In this document: piece by piece, positions 14,195 through 52,920 of the stretch | Layout of the letters: each line of letters opens with the position of its first letter | Position numbering within the stretch: position 1 is the stretch's first letter | From: Squalus acanthias | Lineage: Eukaryota | NCBI GenBank assembly: GCA_030390025.1 | Contig: CM059425.1 | Span: forward strand, 145,390,001-145,454,000 | Length of the DNA stretch: 64,000 nt | Direction of reading: 5' to 3' | The notes under the pieces: generated by a model | The model's database searches: none | Told to the model about the DNA's origin: nothing | The model's input: the letters and a program-made list of their open reading frames with translations, nothing else | Program-made: the position numbers and the translations under genes

Positions 14195-14705
14195 GTGGCA
14201 AAGCTGCATTTATTGCCCATCCCTAGTTGACCTGAGAAAGTGCTGATTACGGTTTTAAAAAGGACTTGCATTTACATAGCGCCTTTCACAGCCACTGGAT
14301 ATCCCAAAGCGCTTTACAGCCAATGAAGTACTTTCTTGACGTGTAATCACTGTTGTAGGAAACGTGGCAGCCAATTTGCGCACAGCAAGCTCCCACAAAC
14401 AGCCATGTGATAATGACCAGATAATCTGCTTTAGTGATGTTGGTTGAGGGATAAATATTGTTTGTTTTGAGGGCTAAAAATAGTTTTATACAACTATTGC
14501 TTGCTAGACTACATCAGAGGACACTTGAGAGTCAACCACATTGGTGTGGGGTTGGAATTACATATAGGCCAGACTGGGTAAAGACGGCAGGTTTCCTTCC
14601 CTAAAGGACATTCTATTATTACGACAATCCGACAGCTTCATGGTCAATTTTACTGATACCAGGGTTTTATTTTCAGACTGCCATGATGGGATTTGAGTTC
14701 ACGTA
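14195..14705 (-). mobile_element. Second tRNA-derived SINE family copy, interrupted by a SacSINE1-like fragment (14258-14460)
   Basis: Shares ggcaggtttccttccctaaag block (reverse complement) with the copy at 34089-34310; inner segment matches the 3' half of the SINE at 10053. Confidence 0.6.
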
Positions 14706-14823
14706 CCCTGTTGAATTAGCATGGGGATATTTAGAAAAGGACTTGGGAGTTGGTGTAGTTGCATCACTTCAATAGCCAGAGAATGTGGTGATTAAAGAAA
14801 GCCAGAAAGGATACACTTTAGAT

Positions 14824-15630
14824 AGTTTCCGCTTTGGGCGCAATCTGTTCTGAGCACAAATTGCACTCAACTGCGCTAGTTTTCAGAAGTATATTTTTGC
14901 TCAAGTATCCACTCAATCATTTGCACGTCGTCGAATGTAAAATCTTCCATGAACCAGTGCAATCGGGCAGCATTTTAGAACCTAATTTAAAGAGAAAATT
15001 TCATTCAAAAATATTCCTTGATATATTTAAGTGGTAACCTGCAATGTTCCCGGTGTTCTGCGCGGTCCCTTTAAATTTCTGCGCGGTATTTACAATGTAA
15101 AAGCCGGTGAGCGGGACCTTTCCCATTGCCGCGCAGCTTAGAGGGAACATTGGTAACCTGGTGCAGTTTTATTCATCCAGCTGAAAATAGGCTCATCACA
15201 AAATAAGCATTTTTAATCAGCATCCAGTCCACCACCTGTGAGTAACCCAATTATAAATAACTGAAAATGACTAAAAAAAAACTATACAGAACCATTTACT
15301 AGTTACATTGGTGTACAGTAGTCAGTTTCTTAATTTTTAAAAATTTACTAATAGCTTTTAAAATGTGCTGATTAGAGTCCTTACGCCCAAAAAACATTAA
15401 TTTTAAGAGCCTCTTACAAGGCCCACAATTAGCAAACTCGCAATGGTGATTAATTCGATCTGGGAACATGGCCAGTTTTGTGGGCGGGGCCAGCTTCTAG
15501 CACAATGTATTTTAAATCAATGCAAAAGATTCTATTTGCACTGAATGTAATTTACGCTTGAACTTCCTAAATTTTGCACTGGTTTGGGTGAACTGTACTG
15601 AAAAAAACCAGTGCAACCTTGCAGAAACTC
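14824..15630. mobile_element. Non-autonomous DNA-transposon-like repeat, copy B, containing a nested MITE
   Basis: Colinear with 13200-13912 apart from the insertion at 15042-15152. Confidence 0.55.
15042..15152. mobile_element. hAT-type MITE
   Basis: TIR caatgttccc...gggaacattg; perfect 8-bp TSD gtaacctg (15034-15041 and 15153-15160). Confidence 0.85.
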
Positions 15631-17714
15631 CTGACAACTGTGTTCAGTTTTTGTAACCATGTTGCATCGAGGATATAGTTGTATTAGGAGCATATAAAAG
15701 AGCCATGACACGGCCTTTATACTTGGATCAGTAAGTGATCAGGAAATACTAAAGCTCAAATAAAAACATACAATGTTGGGAATGCACAACTGATCTGTCA
15801 ACATCTGTGATGGAAATAAAGATAAACAAAGTTTCAGGTGTGGATTCTTTATCATCCTATAATATAAAATGACAAGGACTAAAATAAATAAGTCTTAATG
15901 ATTGGGAGAAAGGATCTTGGAAAGAAAACAGAAAAGGACTTTTACCTAGAAAATGTTTAGTAAGTAAATGGGACAGGTGGTAGGGGGGAAACAAACCAGC
16001 TAACTACTAGAATCCAAATTAACAAAAATAAGGGAAGAGTGTCTACTGGTGATGGACTTAATGGTTTTGGGGGCAGGGTCTTGGGGTTATTCAGTAAACC
16101 AGAGAGCAATTGAGATGCCCAGTTCCCATATGCTTGCATTTTGAAGTATAATGAGGCTAAAGAAGTCAGTTGCAGTACTGGCTGGATCAAGAATGTCAAA
16201 ACCTGTGGGAACTGTTGAGCAGGAGAGTTGGACAAAGAGGAATTAAAATGTTAAGTAACTTGGTGGCACTTCCTTTTTTTGTACAAAACATTACACAAAA
16301 TGGACAATATTGATGTAGCTTGCTGCTCTTTTGTGTTGCATTTCAATAAATTTGTGTTACTTGGCAGGGTAGGATACATTAGTAAAATATGGCTTAATAT
16401 CCTTAACTTTATGTAACCCCTGAACTGTTACCAAACATTGTATACCTGGCCTGATGTGTCCCGACTTAACATATAATGGCTGAGAAACTTCCCCACTACT
16501 GATGTTTAACTGATTTAACACTTTTTAACTTCTTAAATTGTGGCTCATTGGGGACTGGATGTCGGATAAGCAGGCTGACTACTCGGAGGCAGTGGACAGG
16601 TTGTACCCTCGGTCCTCTGCCTCAGTTTTCACACAAGAGTGTTGTAATGTACCTGACATACCTTCATCCTCAGTAAGACTTACTTTTCATCTCTAATCAA
16701 CCTTCCTCTATTTTACTTTTTACAAGTTTATACAATTCTTTACTATTTCCCTTTGTTATCTGCTAGTTTTCTTATGTATTTTCTCAACCTTTCTACTCTT
16801 TTTGTTGCTTCCTCACAATACTTGATTTTTCTATTGGCTTCTAATTTGTCGTTTTTATTACACTTCCTTACGGTGGGGAATACAGTAAGTCTGTACTTTA
16901 GTCAGCTCCTGTTTTCCATGGTGGGGATGGTTTCTTGCCATTCTTGGCCTTCAGGTATAGGGTATGAACCTTACGTGCATCTGCCCCCCACCTCACCCTG
17001 TTTGCCCAAAGATGGCTGCATTCGAATGACAAGATTGGATCTATGTTCGTAACAGTGGCGATGAAAGAAAATGTAAATTGGCCCAACTGTGATGATTTAA
17101 GAGTGAAAGTTGTAAGGAAATTGACAGTGAAATAATCACCTGTGGAATGCAGCAGGTGAGGACTGAATAAAATCAGTTGAAAGTGATATCCTGGAACAGT
17201 ATTAGATTAGCAGAGGGCTGTGGAGAAATCTTACTTTCTCTTCCTGCATATTTTACCACACCTGATTCTGTCTATTGAAGTGTTTTTAAATTGACTCTCC
17301 TACTGAGGCCACAACTTCAAGTGAGACAGATTTTCCTGCTCTGATGAAGCTAGCTTGGAGCTTCATGTGCCAGGAGGACCAGGAAATACATTAATAAGCA
17401 GTTATCTCTTTACTGTAACTGATAAATGAAATAACGGTGAAGCAGTACCACTATCAACAATCTTGATCATACATGTAAGAAGAACCCTCATCTGTTGCAA
17501 TTTAATTTTAATACAAGTATTTCTCAGCCTACACCTAACACAGATCAGAAAATATATACACTCAACATTTAGATTTTTGCTTTGTGTGCCCTGCACTGCT
17601 TGGAAAACATTAGGTACAGACTAAATATTAAAGTTTAGATTGATTAATGATCAATAGCAGAGATTAACACATCCTATACAAAAGAGAAATACAACATTTA
17701 AGAAATTGGAAACC

Positions 17715-20700
17715 AACTTTTTACAAAAATGTATTTAATGAACATATGCACACTGTAAAAGCATGCTATAATATTTATGCTATACTGGTATTTGCTTCCA
17801 ATCAGCTTTTCATTAGCAAAAAAACCAGTGTTTATGTACAATTTAAATACAACATCTCACAGTACAGTCACAATTTAGATTTAGTTTCAAGCATATGAAC
17901 AGTCAGGGCTGAGTCTAAATATATTGTTCCAATAGGTAGTGCACAATACTGGAGCCCACCAGAAGCCAGTTACAAGTACATATATTTACTATTCAAAGAG
18001 CAGCTTCGAGGAAATTAGCAATGAGAAAATAGGTTAGGTATTCAACCACTAGTGATGTTTTCTCTGTGCAGCAGATTTGTTTTCAACCGTATGAATTTTG
18101 CAGAGAGCAGTGTAAGTTGCACCTTTCATCAATTGACTGGACGTCCTGCAATCTAAGGCAGCGTTGTCCTTTCTGATTAGTAAAGAGAATTAGAGAGTCA
18201 TTGGGCATGTGATCTCCATACACGTGTACTTTAAAACTTTGTGCGTTTGTTGGTAAAATGGTAAGCGGTAAAGCAGACTGAGAATTTTTTGATCGGTGAG
18301 AACTTTACTTCCTTGATTAATGAATGGCAGATGTTTTAATGCACTAATTTTAACGTGCATACAGTATGTGATGCATTTTCTAAAAAAAATGCATTTGGCT
18401 AAAACTGTGTTGACCTAGCTACATATGTGGCTAATCAGTGATTTTGATTGGCCAACACTACTCTACACCCACTATGGAATGGTCCACCATCAAGCACTCT
18501 AGGTAGTAGCATTGCAGAAAACAAAAGGGACCCCCCCCCAACCAACTGTGGCTGGAAGATTTGAGTCAACAATTCCCCCCTCTACCACAATTTCAAACAG
18601 CTTGTAGGAAAGTTGGCACAAATTAAGTGATGCTTAAAATCACTAATAAAAGAATTTCTAAGATTAATTAAAAAAGGGTAGCGTGCACCTTGGCAGAAGT
18701 GGGTGATCTAAAGGGCCTACATCAGGGGAAGTGTTCCCCCTTCCCCAGCACATAAGCAGGATATTAAAATAATTTTACCTGAAAGTAGATAATTAGTTTT
18801 AACTATAAAATATGACTTTAACAAAACACTAAAAAAGGAGTCCACAGCCCAAAGGGATTGATTCACAATGGGTCAGACTGACAGCTCTTGACAAATTCTG
18901 CTACATGTGCAAGCCTTGATACATAATGGGATTGCGAGATGGAATGATCTGCACTTAGAGTAGTTCCAAGAAATTGCCATATAGTGAAATAAAGTAAAAA
19001 TATTAAAGCACCCAATTATGGATGAATGCAAACAATGGACAAAAGCAACATTCAGCAATGTCAAAGGTTGAAAGGACATACACTAGGAAGCAATTTTCTT
19101 AAATATTTCAAGCACACAGCACCATAGTTCTTGTACACTGGGATCCAAGTTAATATAGGGTCAGAATTTCCTGAAACTAGCTGGCAGGTTATACCAAAAT
19201 GTACACTGAAATTTCCTCATTACCATAGGGTGAATGAAAAATCCAGCGTAAACAATTAGGGCCCCGAGGAAGGCTCCAACCTTACACCATATTCCTTCTT
19301 AAAGAGCCTCTTTATGCACATTAGGCTCAGTTTGTTTATGAAAATGCAATGTGAAAGTTTTTCAATTTTTTAATGCAAATCATTGAATGCATCTTCATGG
19401 TATCAGTCAGGAGAAATGTATTTTTAAATGCCATAAAACAGCAGAAATAGAACTCTGGGTCTGTGCCTAAACTTTTAGGCATAAATTTACAGTCTGTTCT
19501 GAGCTGGTGTAAATTCAGGAAATATGTGAAGTGCACTTTAACATGGGACAGAATTAAGTTAATGAGCAGCAGAGGGCTTCAGCAGAAGTTTCACAATCAG
19601 TGTAAAAGATTGCTGCGATTGGAATGCAGTGTAAAAACAAAGTCACACCTGGATTGCCTTGATTTTTGTGCCATACATACATCATGCTCAGGAAATTCCA
19701 GGCCAAATAGTGGCAGAATAGATCATGTTTGGTATTCAATGTAGTTTACAACCACCTACTTCAGGTAGGTGACTGATTAAGATGGCTGGTTAAAGATCAG
19801 TGTTTGCTCAAGATGCAGTAGTATTAACAGCAAGAGTGGGGGAAAAGTTTATGTTCATGTTAGTACTGGAATTTTGGCACCAATTTCTAAGTGATTAGTG
19901 TTGCCGTCATTGAAAAATGCTTTGACTTCTACACTGACCATACTTGAAACTGTAAATTTGTTTTTGGCAAAAACTATGACACCTGAATTCAGTCTGTACT
20001 GAATGAATAGGGGTAGACTGGATGAAGTGTTCTAAATGTGTTATTCTTATAATACTGCATTCTGACTTTAGCTTCCAGAGATTTAAGCAACCTTGTGTAC
20101 TTAATATATTGGCACCATAACTGTTCCCTATTTCTGAATTTCTCCTGAGAAGACACTGCATGAAGCAATATATGGCACTGCACTAAGTGAACAATTGCAT
20201 TTTTCAAAACAAACTGCAAAGTCTGTCATTATGACAATATTAACCATACTACAGAACTGAAAACAGTGCCTACAGTTGGATTTTTTTTTTTTAATCAAGT
20301 CAAATTATTATTCTTTCCAGTAACCCTTTCACTAAGACACTGGTTATTGCAAGCCTTGAAACCAACTCAACTTCAAAAATACATAACTATGTAAAAAAAA
20401 AAGACAGAAGCTCAAGACCATAAGAATAAGCAAGTATAGCAAACATTCACAAGGTCCTTTTTATTTTGCAGTTTCTTCCCATTGTACATTCCACGGGCTA
20501 TTGTTCGATTTCAGGTCACAACACCATTGGATGCTGCTGTCCTTGCTTTGGGAGTAACCCTTGTGCATTCAATGCTGTCTTTATTTTCCAGTTATACTGG
20601 TTGAAACAATAACAGACCAGCAATCCTGAAAAATCAATATGAACAAACACCAAACTGTGCCTTTAATTCAAAAGGAGAAAATCTTAAACATCTTTCCAGT

Positions 20701-20753
20701 GTACAAGTGCCAGTCTTTAGTGAAATCCCTCGAGTTGTATTATCCTATAGCGA
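17715..20753 (-). other. HMGCR: Probable HMGCR 3' UTR
   Basis: Stretch after the stop with no TE I could recognise; minus-strand AATAAA at 20580-20585 and 20460-20465, distal ATTAAA at 17734-17739 with U/GU-rich downstream tract; Pumilio-type TGTACATA at 17833-17840; extent inferred. Confidence 0.4.
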
Positions 20754-46091
<25,338 letters not shown>

Positions 46092-46344
46092 TTAATTTAA
46101 CCTGTTTGGGAAGGTGGAAGAAAAGAAAATTAGTAAACCTAACAACAATTTAAAATTATTGCACTGTTGGTACCCAGAGTTAGCTTAACTGTTAATAGAT
46201 ATACAACATGGTGATGTTTCTATAGTTTTTGGAAGGCTATTAAATCTCTCTTTTCTCCACAGGCCAAAAGCTACCTGGATCACACATGCCTCCACCAATC
46301 TAGCTCTGAATTTGTCACCAGGAAACATGGAACAGTTTGGTATC

Positions 46345-46851
46345 CTTACCCAAGGAAGGATATACTTGCCTTAGAGGAGGTGCAATGAACATTCACTAGA
46401 TTGATTCCTGGGATGAGGGCTGTCCTATGAGGAGAGATCGAGCAGATTGGGCCTATATTCTCTGGAATTTAGAAGAATGAGAGGTGATCACATTGAAACG
46501 TATAAAATTCTTACAGGGCTTGACAGGGTAGATGCAGGGAGGCTGTTTCCCCTGGCTGGGGAGTCTAGAACTAGGGGGTCACAGTCTCAGAATAAGGGGT
46601 TGGCCATTTAGGACTGAGTTGAGGAGAACCTACTTCACTTAGAGGGTTGTGAATCTTTGGAATTCTCTCCCCCAGAGGGCTGTGGAGGCTCAGTCGATGA
46701 GTATATTCAAGACAGAGATCGATAGATTTTGGGTCACTAAGGGAATCAAGGGATGTGGGGATGTAGAAGTTGAGCCATGATCTTACTGAATGGCACAGCA
46801 GGCTCGATGAGCTGTACGGCCTACTCATGCTCCTATTTCTTATGTTCTTAT
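46345..46851 (+). mobile_element. CR1 LINE 3' end (HMGCR intron 1)
   Basis: Reverse-complement match to 3' ends of CR1 copies at 35.5 and 55.5 kb; tail cctatttcttatgttcttatg. Confidence 0.9.
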
Positions 46852-47997
46852 GTACCTCTAAATGTGTCTCCCAATGGGGAAATACCCACTTCTGCACATG
46901 GGAGGGAAAAATACTGAAAAGGCACCCCCAAACTCACTCATTTATTAGTAAATTTCAGATTTCAAAGTTCATTCAGCTTGACAACATAGTATTTGATGCC
47001 TGTTATTTCACAAGCGTACAGGATTTATTTCACACGAGAAGTACTTTACTCATGAGTCATCTAAACTATCAGTGATTCCGAGCAGCAACCATGACCGATC
47101 CCTTATCGTGTTTCTATTAACTATTTGAGTATTAGTACAAAAGAGCCCACATCTTCACACACCATCACCTTAGTAAATGAAAACCAAACAAACCCATGTT
47201 TTAATGATCAGTACACTTTTTCAGACTAGCAGCATATATTATGATGATTACTGAATGTTGCATCATATATACAGGCCAAAGTTCCATCTTAAGAGTTTAA
47301 AGGAAGTGAACTAAACCACATAAACATGTGTGCTACAGTCAATTTATTTTAATGAAACTGTTGAATACAACCAATATTCCACTAGTGAAGGAGACCTTCC
47401 ATATCACTCAACTTACCCACACTGTCTAGCTGTGTGCAGTATTTTCTTTCATATTGCACATTTATCTCAGAACGCTGTGGAGTAAAGGACTTCAAAAGAA
47501 AAATACGACTGTGGTTTTGCATGAGCAATGAGTAAATGGACAACTCTATCTTGATGTGGTTTTCCTGAATATTGAGCATTTAAACTAAAAGAGCAACTGG
47601 TGACAACATCTGATTTTAATTGCCAAGATGCCACATTTTAAACTGAGTGTCCATTATCAAGTGGCCATTTGCCCCTCCAAGCCAACTGCATATTTCATTG
47701 TCCATTTATTGATCATTCTCCTAGTTTTAATTCTGTTTAGTGTCTATCGCTGTATGCATGTAGGTGGCAGCCTGCTGGTACAAGTGTGATCTAATACAAT
47801 GTTCCACATAACAGTGTGACATAAACATGGCCCATAACTTCTCGTAGGACAAGTCCCTACTCGGAGCTCGGTTGATGGGACGGACAGGATACTTTTACAC
47901 TTCCTTGTACTCTGGGGTCTCTGGAAAACAATCAACATGTGCTTCTGTAGAGCTGGCCTCCATTTAATTGCACATGCATGAGTAGGCTGTGACATTT

Positions 47998-48320
47998 GAT
48001 GTTTCCATTTGCTGGGGAGTCCAAAACTAGGGGCCATAAATATAAGATAGCCATTAATAAATCCAATAAAGAATTCAGGGAGAAACTTCTTCACCCAGAG
48101 AGTGGTTAGAATGTTGAACCTTCTATCATATGGAGTAGTTGAGGCAAATAACATGGATGTCTTTAAGGGGAAGCTAGGTAAGTACATGAGGGAGAAAGGA
48201 ATAGAAAGATATGCAGATAGGGTTAGATGAAGCAGGGTTTGAGGAGGCTTGTGTGCAGCATAAACACTAGCACAGACCATTTGGGCCGAATGGCCTGTTT
48301 GTGCTGTAAATTCTATAAAT
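47998..48320 (+). mobile_element. CR1 LINE 3' fragment (different subfamily)
   Basis: gatgtttccatttgctggggagtcc...ttcttcacccagagagtggttagaatg...gggccgaatggcctgtt. Confidence 0.75.
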
Positions 48321-50279
48321 CATAAAATTAGGTTTGTTGAACCACTGCATAGCAAAACTAGGATAATTGATTGTAGTTTAAGGATCTTGGTCACAGAAGT
48401 TTACTACACTGGCAAACAAGTTTTGTTTTTATTAAAAATATACGTTATATATGGGCATTCGTGGAGCCAGTTTTAAACACCTTGTACAATGGAGCTCTTT
48501 GTATGTGGGCATACAGGAGCATAGGGCAGTGAGCAAAAATCAGATTATATTCAATGACCCATCATTTGTTAGAAATGTTCTAAAAATAAAATAATTGGAT
48601 GTGAAAATATTTAAGATAACCGGTAAAAATACTGGTTCACAAAATAATATAATTTGTGCATTAAAGCTGTAGCCCATGCCATAAAAAAAAATGAGATGGG
48701 AAGACATCCAATTCTGAACAGGATATTTCAAATTAGCACACATCAGAACCAGCCCTTTATTGGCACATCACAGCAGGTCTGAGTGACAACCCAAGATTCT
48801 TCACCAGAAAGCACGTCATGTTTCAATGCATAAAAAACATTGCATTATTTGTTTACAAGCAACATCACGGAAGTTCATAACTCACTTATTTATGCTCAAA
48901 TATGGGCAGGGTTCATTAAAAGCCAGACTTGCTTAGTTGCTCCAGGAAATACTGTTCTCAACATAGCACCACAATGCTAGCATACCATACCAATTCAAAA
49001 CGTTGTACAAGTAGTACAAAACTGCACTTTACAATAATAAAATGTATTATAATTAGCAAATCTCTGGCATTATTCAGTGGATTTGAGGATGCGGGGGGGG
49101 GGGGGCGGATGAAGTTTGTAAGAGTACTCCCTAGACTCAGAAGTTTTAAGATCAGTTCTTCGACACAAGTGTTTTGCTTATGCACTGCAGCTCTATTCTC
49201 CCCTTCACGGTTGGTTTAATAAATATAATATAAATTGCATAAACAACCTACCCTAGTAGAAACAGCAATCATGGAAGAAAGAGAAAAAAGCTGATCCTAA
49301 ACATTTATTCGTATAGTGTATTAAAGGCTGAAATATTGAACTTTTTTGGCTGCTTATGCCTTTGGTTATTTATAAAGTTTGCGGTTGGGCAACAGTACTT
49401 GCTAGGCATATGTAGTGCATCTGCATAATTAAGGTTTTTTGTAAACAAGAATTGTTTTTGAATTCTCAATATAAACAAAAGCTGCTATAATCAGCCACAT
49501 GTGTCTCTTGTGCTGTCTGAGCTACACGCTCAAATGAAGCAAACAGAATATGCAGTTCATAATCGTTTTAATGTGAAACTTGTACTCAAATAGATTATTT
49601 AATTCTTGTTTTAGCTTGTTTCTGTTTATTTGGAACAGAGAAAAGACAATTTGACTCCCATGCAGAAAAATTATTTTCTGTAAACCAATTATTTTGTTTA
49701 TGTTAAGAAAAGTCAAAATTTAAGTACAGGTGTTCTGATTGTCCATCTAAGTAAGGAAATTAAACAGGTAATATATTAAATGTGCCTTATACAAGTTTCA
49801 CTTAGTAAAATAAACTCAAATCTTGTTGCAGCACGGGGAAAAGCACACTTCCACTTGGAGAGAGAATTCACACTACAGCATCCTGGAAATTGTAGGCACA
49901 CATGTATTTTGTAACTCCCGATAGCCTTGGGTAAAATATAAATGGCAACCCCAGGCTTGAGAGGCTGAGGCTTCCAAGTAAAAATATTAAGACAAAGATT
50001 AATTGTTTAGGCAAGTTCAACTAGGTTATCGTGCAATGTGTATTTTTTATGTTTTTGTTAGAAACTTTATGTTGAGTTTATAGTTGGCAAGCTATGGGGG
50101 AAATGCAATTTTTTTGTTGATGGAACAATCTGATTGCCAGAAGAACCTACCGAAAAGTGAACCATTCAGGACTAGTTATTTTCTTAACGCCTTAGTTTCT
50201 CGTTCATAGTTTTCTAGCCACTTTCCTCACTTTTGAATCATATGCTCCCCATCGCCTCCATTCTAACTCATTACATGAA

Positions 50280-50630
50280 GGATAATTAGAGCATTGAAAA
50301 GTTGCAACACAGATTCATCAGAATATTATCAGAGATGCAAGGTTACAGTTATGAATAAACAAATAGTGATAGGCTGTTTTCACTGGTTGGTGAGACAGTA
50401 GCAATGGCACAAATGTCATATAATCACTAAAGGATTAAAGGAGGTTAGGAAAACATCTCTTTACACAAAGGGTGGTTAGAATGTGAAATTCTCTGCCATG
50501 ACTGTTGCTGAACTAGAATCCATACATTCTTTTAAAAGGAAATGAGATAATTGTTTGAAAAAGGAATATTATGGGAATCATGGAGAAATCCATCAGCAGA
50601 CTTCATGGGCCAAATGGCCTTCTATGGATA
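50280..50630 (+). mobile_element. Highly degenerate CR1 3' fragment
   Basis: tttacacaaagggtggttagaatgtgaaattctctgcc...gggccaaatggccttc. Confidence 0.55.
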
Positions 50631-51588
50631 AACAACTGCCATGGTAATTTGAAATGTGTTAAAGAAAATAAGCAATGTATTCACTACAAATTTAACAGTA
50701 AAATATAGAGAGCGCATTATTGAAGGGAATGGCAGAGTTTACAAAATCAATTTTGGCTGAAATCTTAGCTATGGTGCTATAAAAATATTATATATACATA
50801 CTTCAGGCAGTATTTCCTATCACCCAAGAATATGATCCAGTTACAGCAAGTTATTATACCAACAGCATAGAGGAATGTGGAATTTCATGTACTTAAGCTG
50901 TAACATGGGAGTTGAAGCTGAAATAAATCTGAAATTTTGTTCTAAAATGAATAACTTAATTCAGCCCATGTTATCACTGTACAGACAGACCATTTTAAGG
51001 ATGAAATATCATTATTGGTCCACCTTAGCTGTAGACAGCTATAAAAAGATACTTTGCTAGATCATCAATCAGGATCCATTTTAAAGGGCTGAAGCTACAA
51101 GACAAATTATTTTATCTCCTTTGCTTTTTTTTTTAAACCCAAACTCCTCAATTAATTACCAGTTTGATTTACTTCTCTTCTACTCTTTTCAAACTTGCAC
51201 TGAGCAAAGTCCCTCACCAAAGTTTAATTTAAAAGATTACTGAAAATCTAACCTTTAGAGTTGTAAATGAGGAAGTTCTGTCAAATGTTAATTTTTTTTT
51301 AAATTATGCACATTGTACAGTTAATTGTAAAAACAGAATACACTACACCTTTCACCACAACTTTCATCCACTTTTTTTTTTAATTGGCAGTATTGCCAAT
51401 TTTTACTGTTGTGGAAACAGCACCAGCCAACAGCAAAAGCAGAAATTCCAAACTTCCCTTTCGGAATCCCCAAGAGACACGTTTGATACCTCACTCACTT
51501 CAAATATTTGGAGAAAGGAGTATGAATGCAAGTGAAAATAATCCAAATATTATTTACAACTGCAGTAATGAAACAGTATAGTACTGGA

Positions 51589-51684
51589 ATAAAAACAGAA
51601 AATGCTGGAAATACTCAGCAGGTCAGGCAGCATCTGTAGAAAGAGAAACAGAGTTAACGTTTCAGGTCGATGACCCTTCGTCAG
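51589..51684. mobile_element. Penelope-like terminal fragment with 17-bp TSD and hammerhead-like core
   Basis: Flanked by aacagtatagtactgga at 51572-51588 and 51685-51701; minus strand reads GTT-CTGACGA-AGGGTC-ATC-GACCT-GAAACGTT-AAC. Confidence 0.7.
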
Positions 51685-52920
51685 AACAGTATAGTACTGG
51701 ATCTTTGATTGGGCCATTTATCCATATGCATGTGGCAATAAAGAGACAGGGACAGATAAAAACAAAAATTAGAAGACAAATGGAACAAAAGTAGGTTTAC
51801 TTGATATCCTGGGTAGTAAGTATTCTGCTGAAATCCTAGTGCCAACCATACACTTAATACAGTATCACATAGAAATTGGGGGGGGGGGGGGGGGGGGCTG
51901 TATTGAAGGAAATCATACACACAAATCTTATTTGCTAATCACAGGCCAGCATGAATGCATGGCATGAGAATTTAATGGAAGCCATGCAAGTTATTCCAAT
52001 TACTAATGGGGTCAATATTTTCTTCATAGCCATAAAAGCTTATATAGTAGATCAAGCCCTTTATTCTTTACACAGCAAGCTCCAAGTTATGATGCAAAGA
52101 GAGATACGGATTAACAGTTCTTTTCTCAGGGTGTAGCAAAGAAACCATGTGGTCAGTTACAGAATGGTATTGAAAGAGGACTCTCAATTGCCTACTCTAT
52201 TTTAGCTGGCTCAAGGGTGTGCCAAGAAACACAAATGATTTAATAAAATCTGATGTATCCTTATATTTTTGAACCAATTTCAAATTGCAGCTTTTTAAAA
52301 ATAAAAATCATTCATTTATTGAAAGCTAGAATATCCAGAATGATTTGGTTTTGTTTGGCAGTAACCTGGTTTTACCGACCCGATACAATTAAAAAAAAAT
52401 CAAGAACGCAAAGCAAACCAAGAAAGCAAATGACCATCTAGACACCCAAGAGATAATATGGATGGCAGATTAACAGGTTTAAAATCATTAAAACAAATGT
52501 TTAAAATTTTTTATTGCATTTTGCCACAAATACGTCAATCACCATACGTGTTAAAAATAACACTGGCCGCCTTTCAGAGCAGCAGCCAACATATATTTTC
52601 GCATTGTAGCTGCGGTGAAAAGGATGCAGTACAATCAGCAATACGGGCTTTCAAAGCATGTATTATGTCAGAAAAAAAGGGGAATAAACTCGCTTTGAAT
52701 TTAAATACAAAGCTGATACACAAATTAAAAGCAGGACAACTAGCAAAAGGGATGAGCATCAAAGCAGCAGGCATACATCAGAACGAAGACACCGCCGCTC
52801 CTTCCTGGCCGGGGATGCTGATGGTGCAGGGAAGGTTTGCACTTTAACTATTGTTGCAGGCGGTGGGTGACCTTCACGGGAGGTGGGAGCCTGTGTGTGT
52901 GAACAGCTGGGGCTTCCCCC

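Noticed and set aside
15755-15858. Fourth Penelope-like fragment
   Set aside because: Too degenerate; hammerhead core not intact and no TSD found
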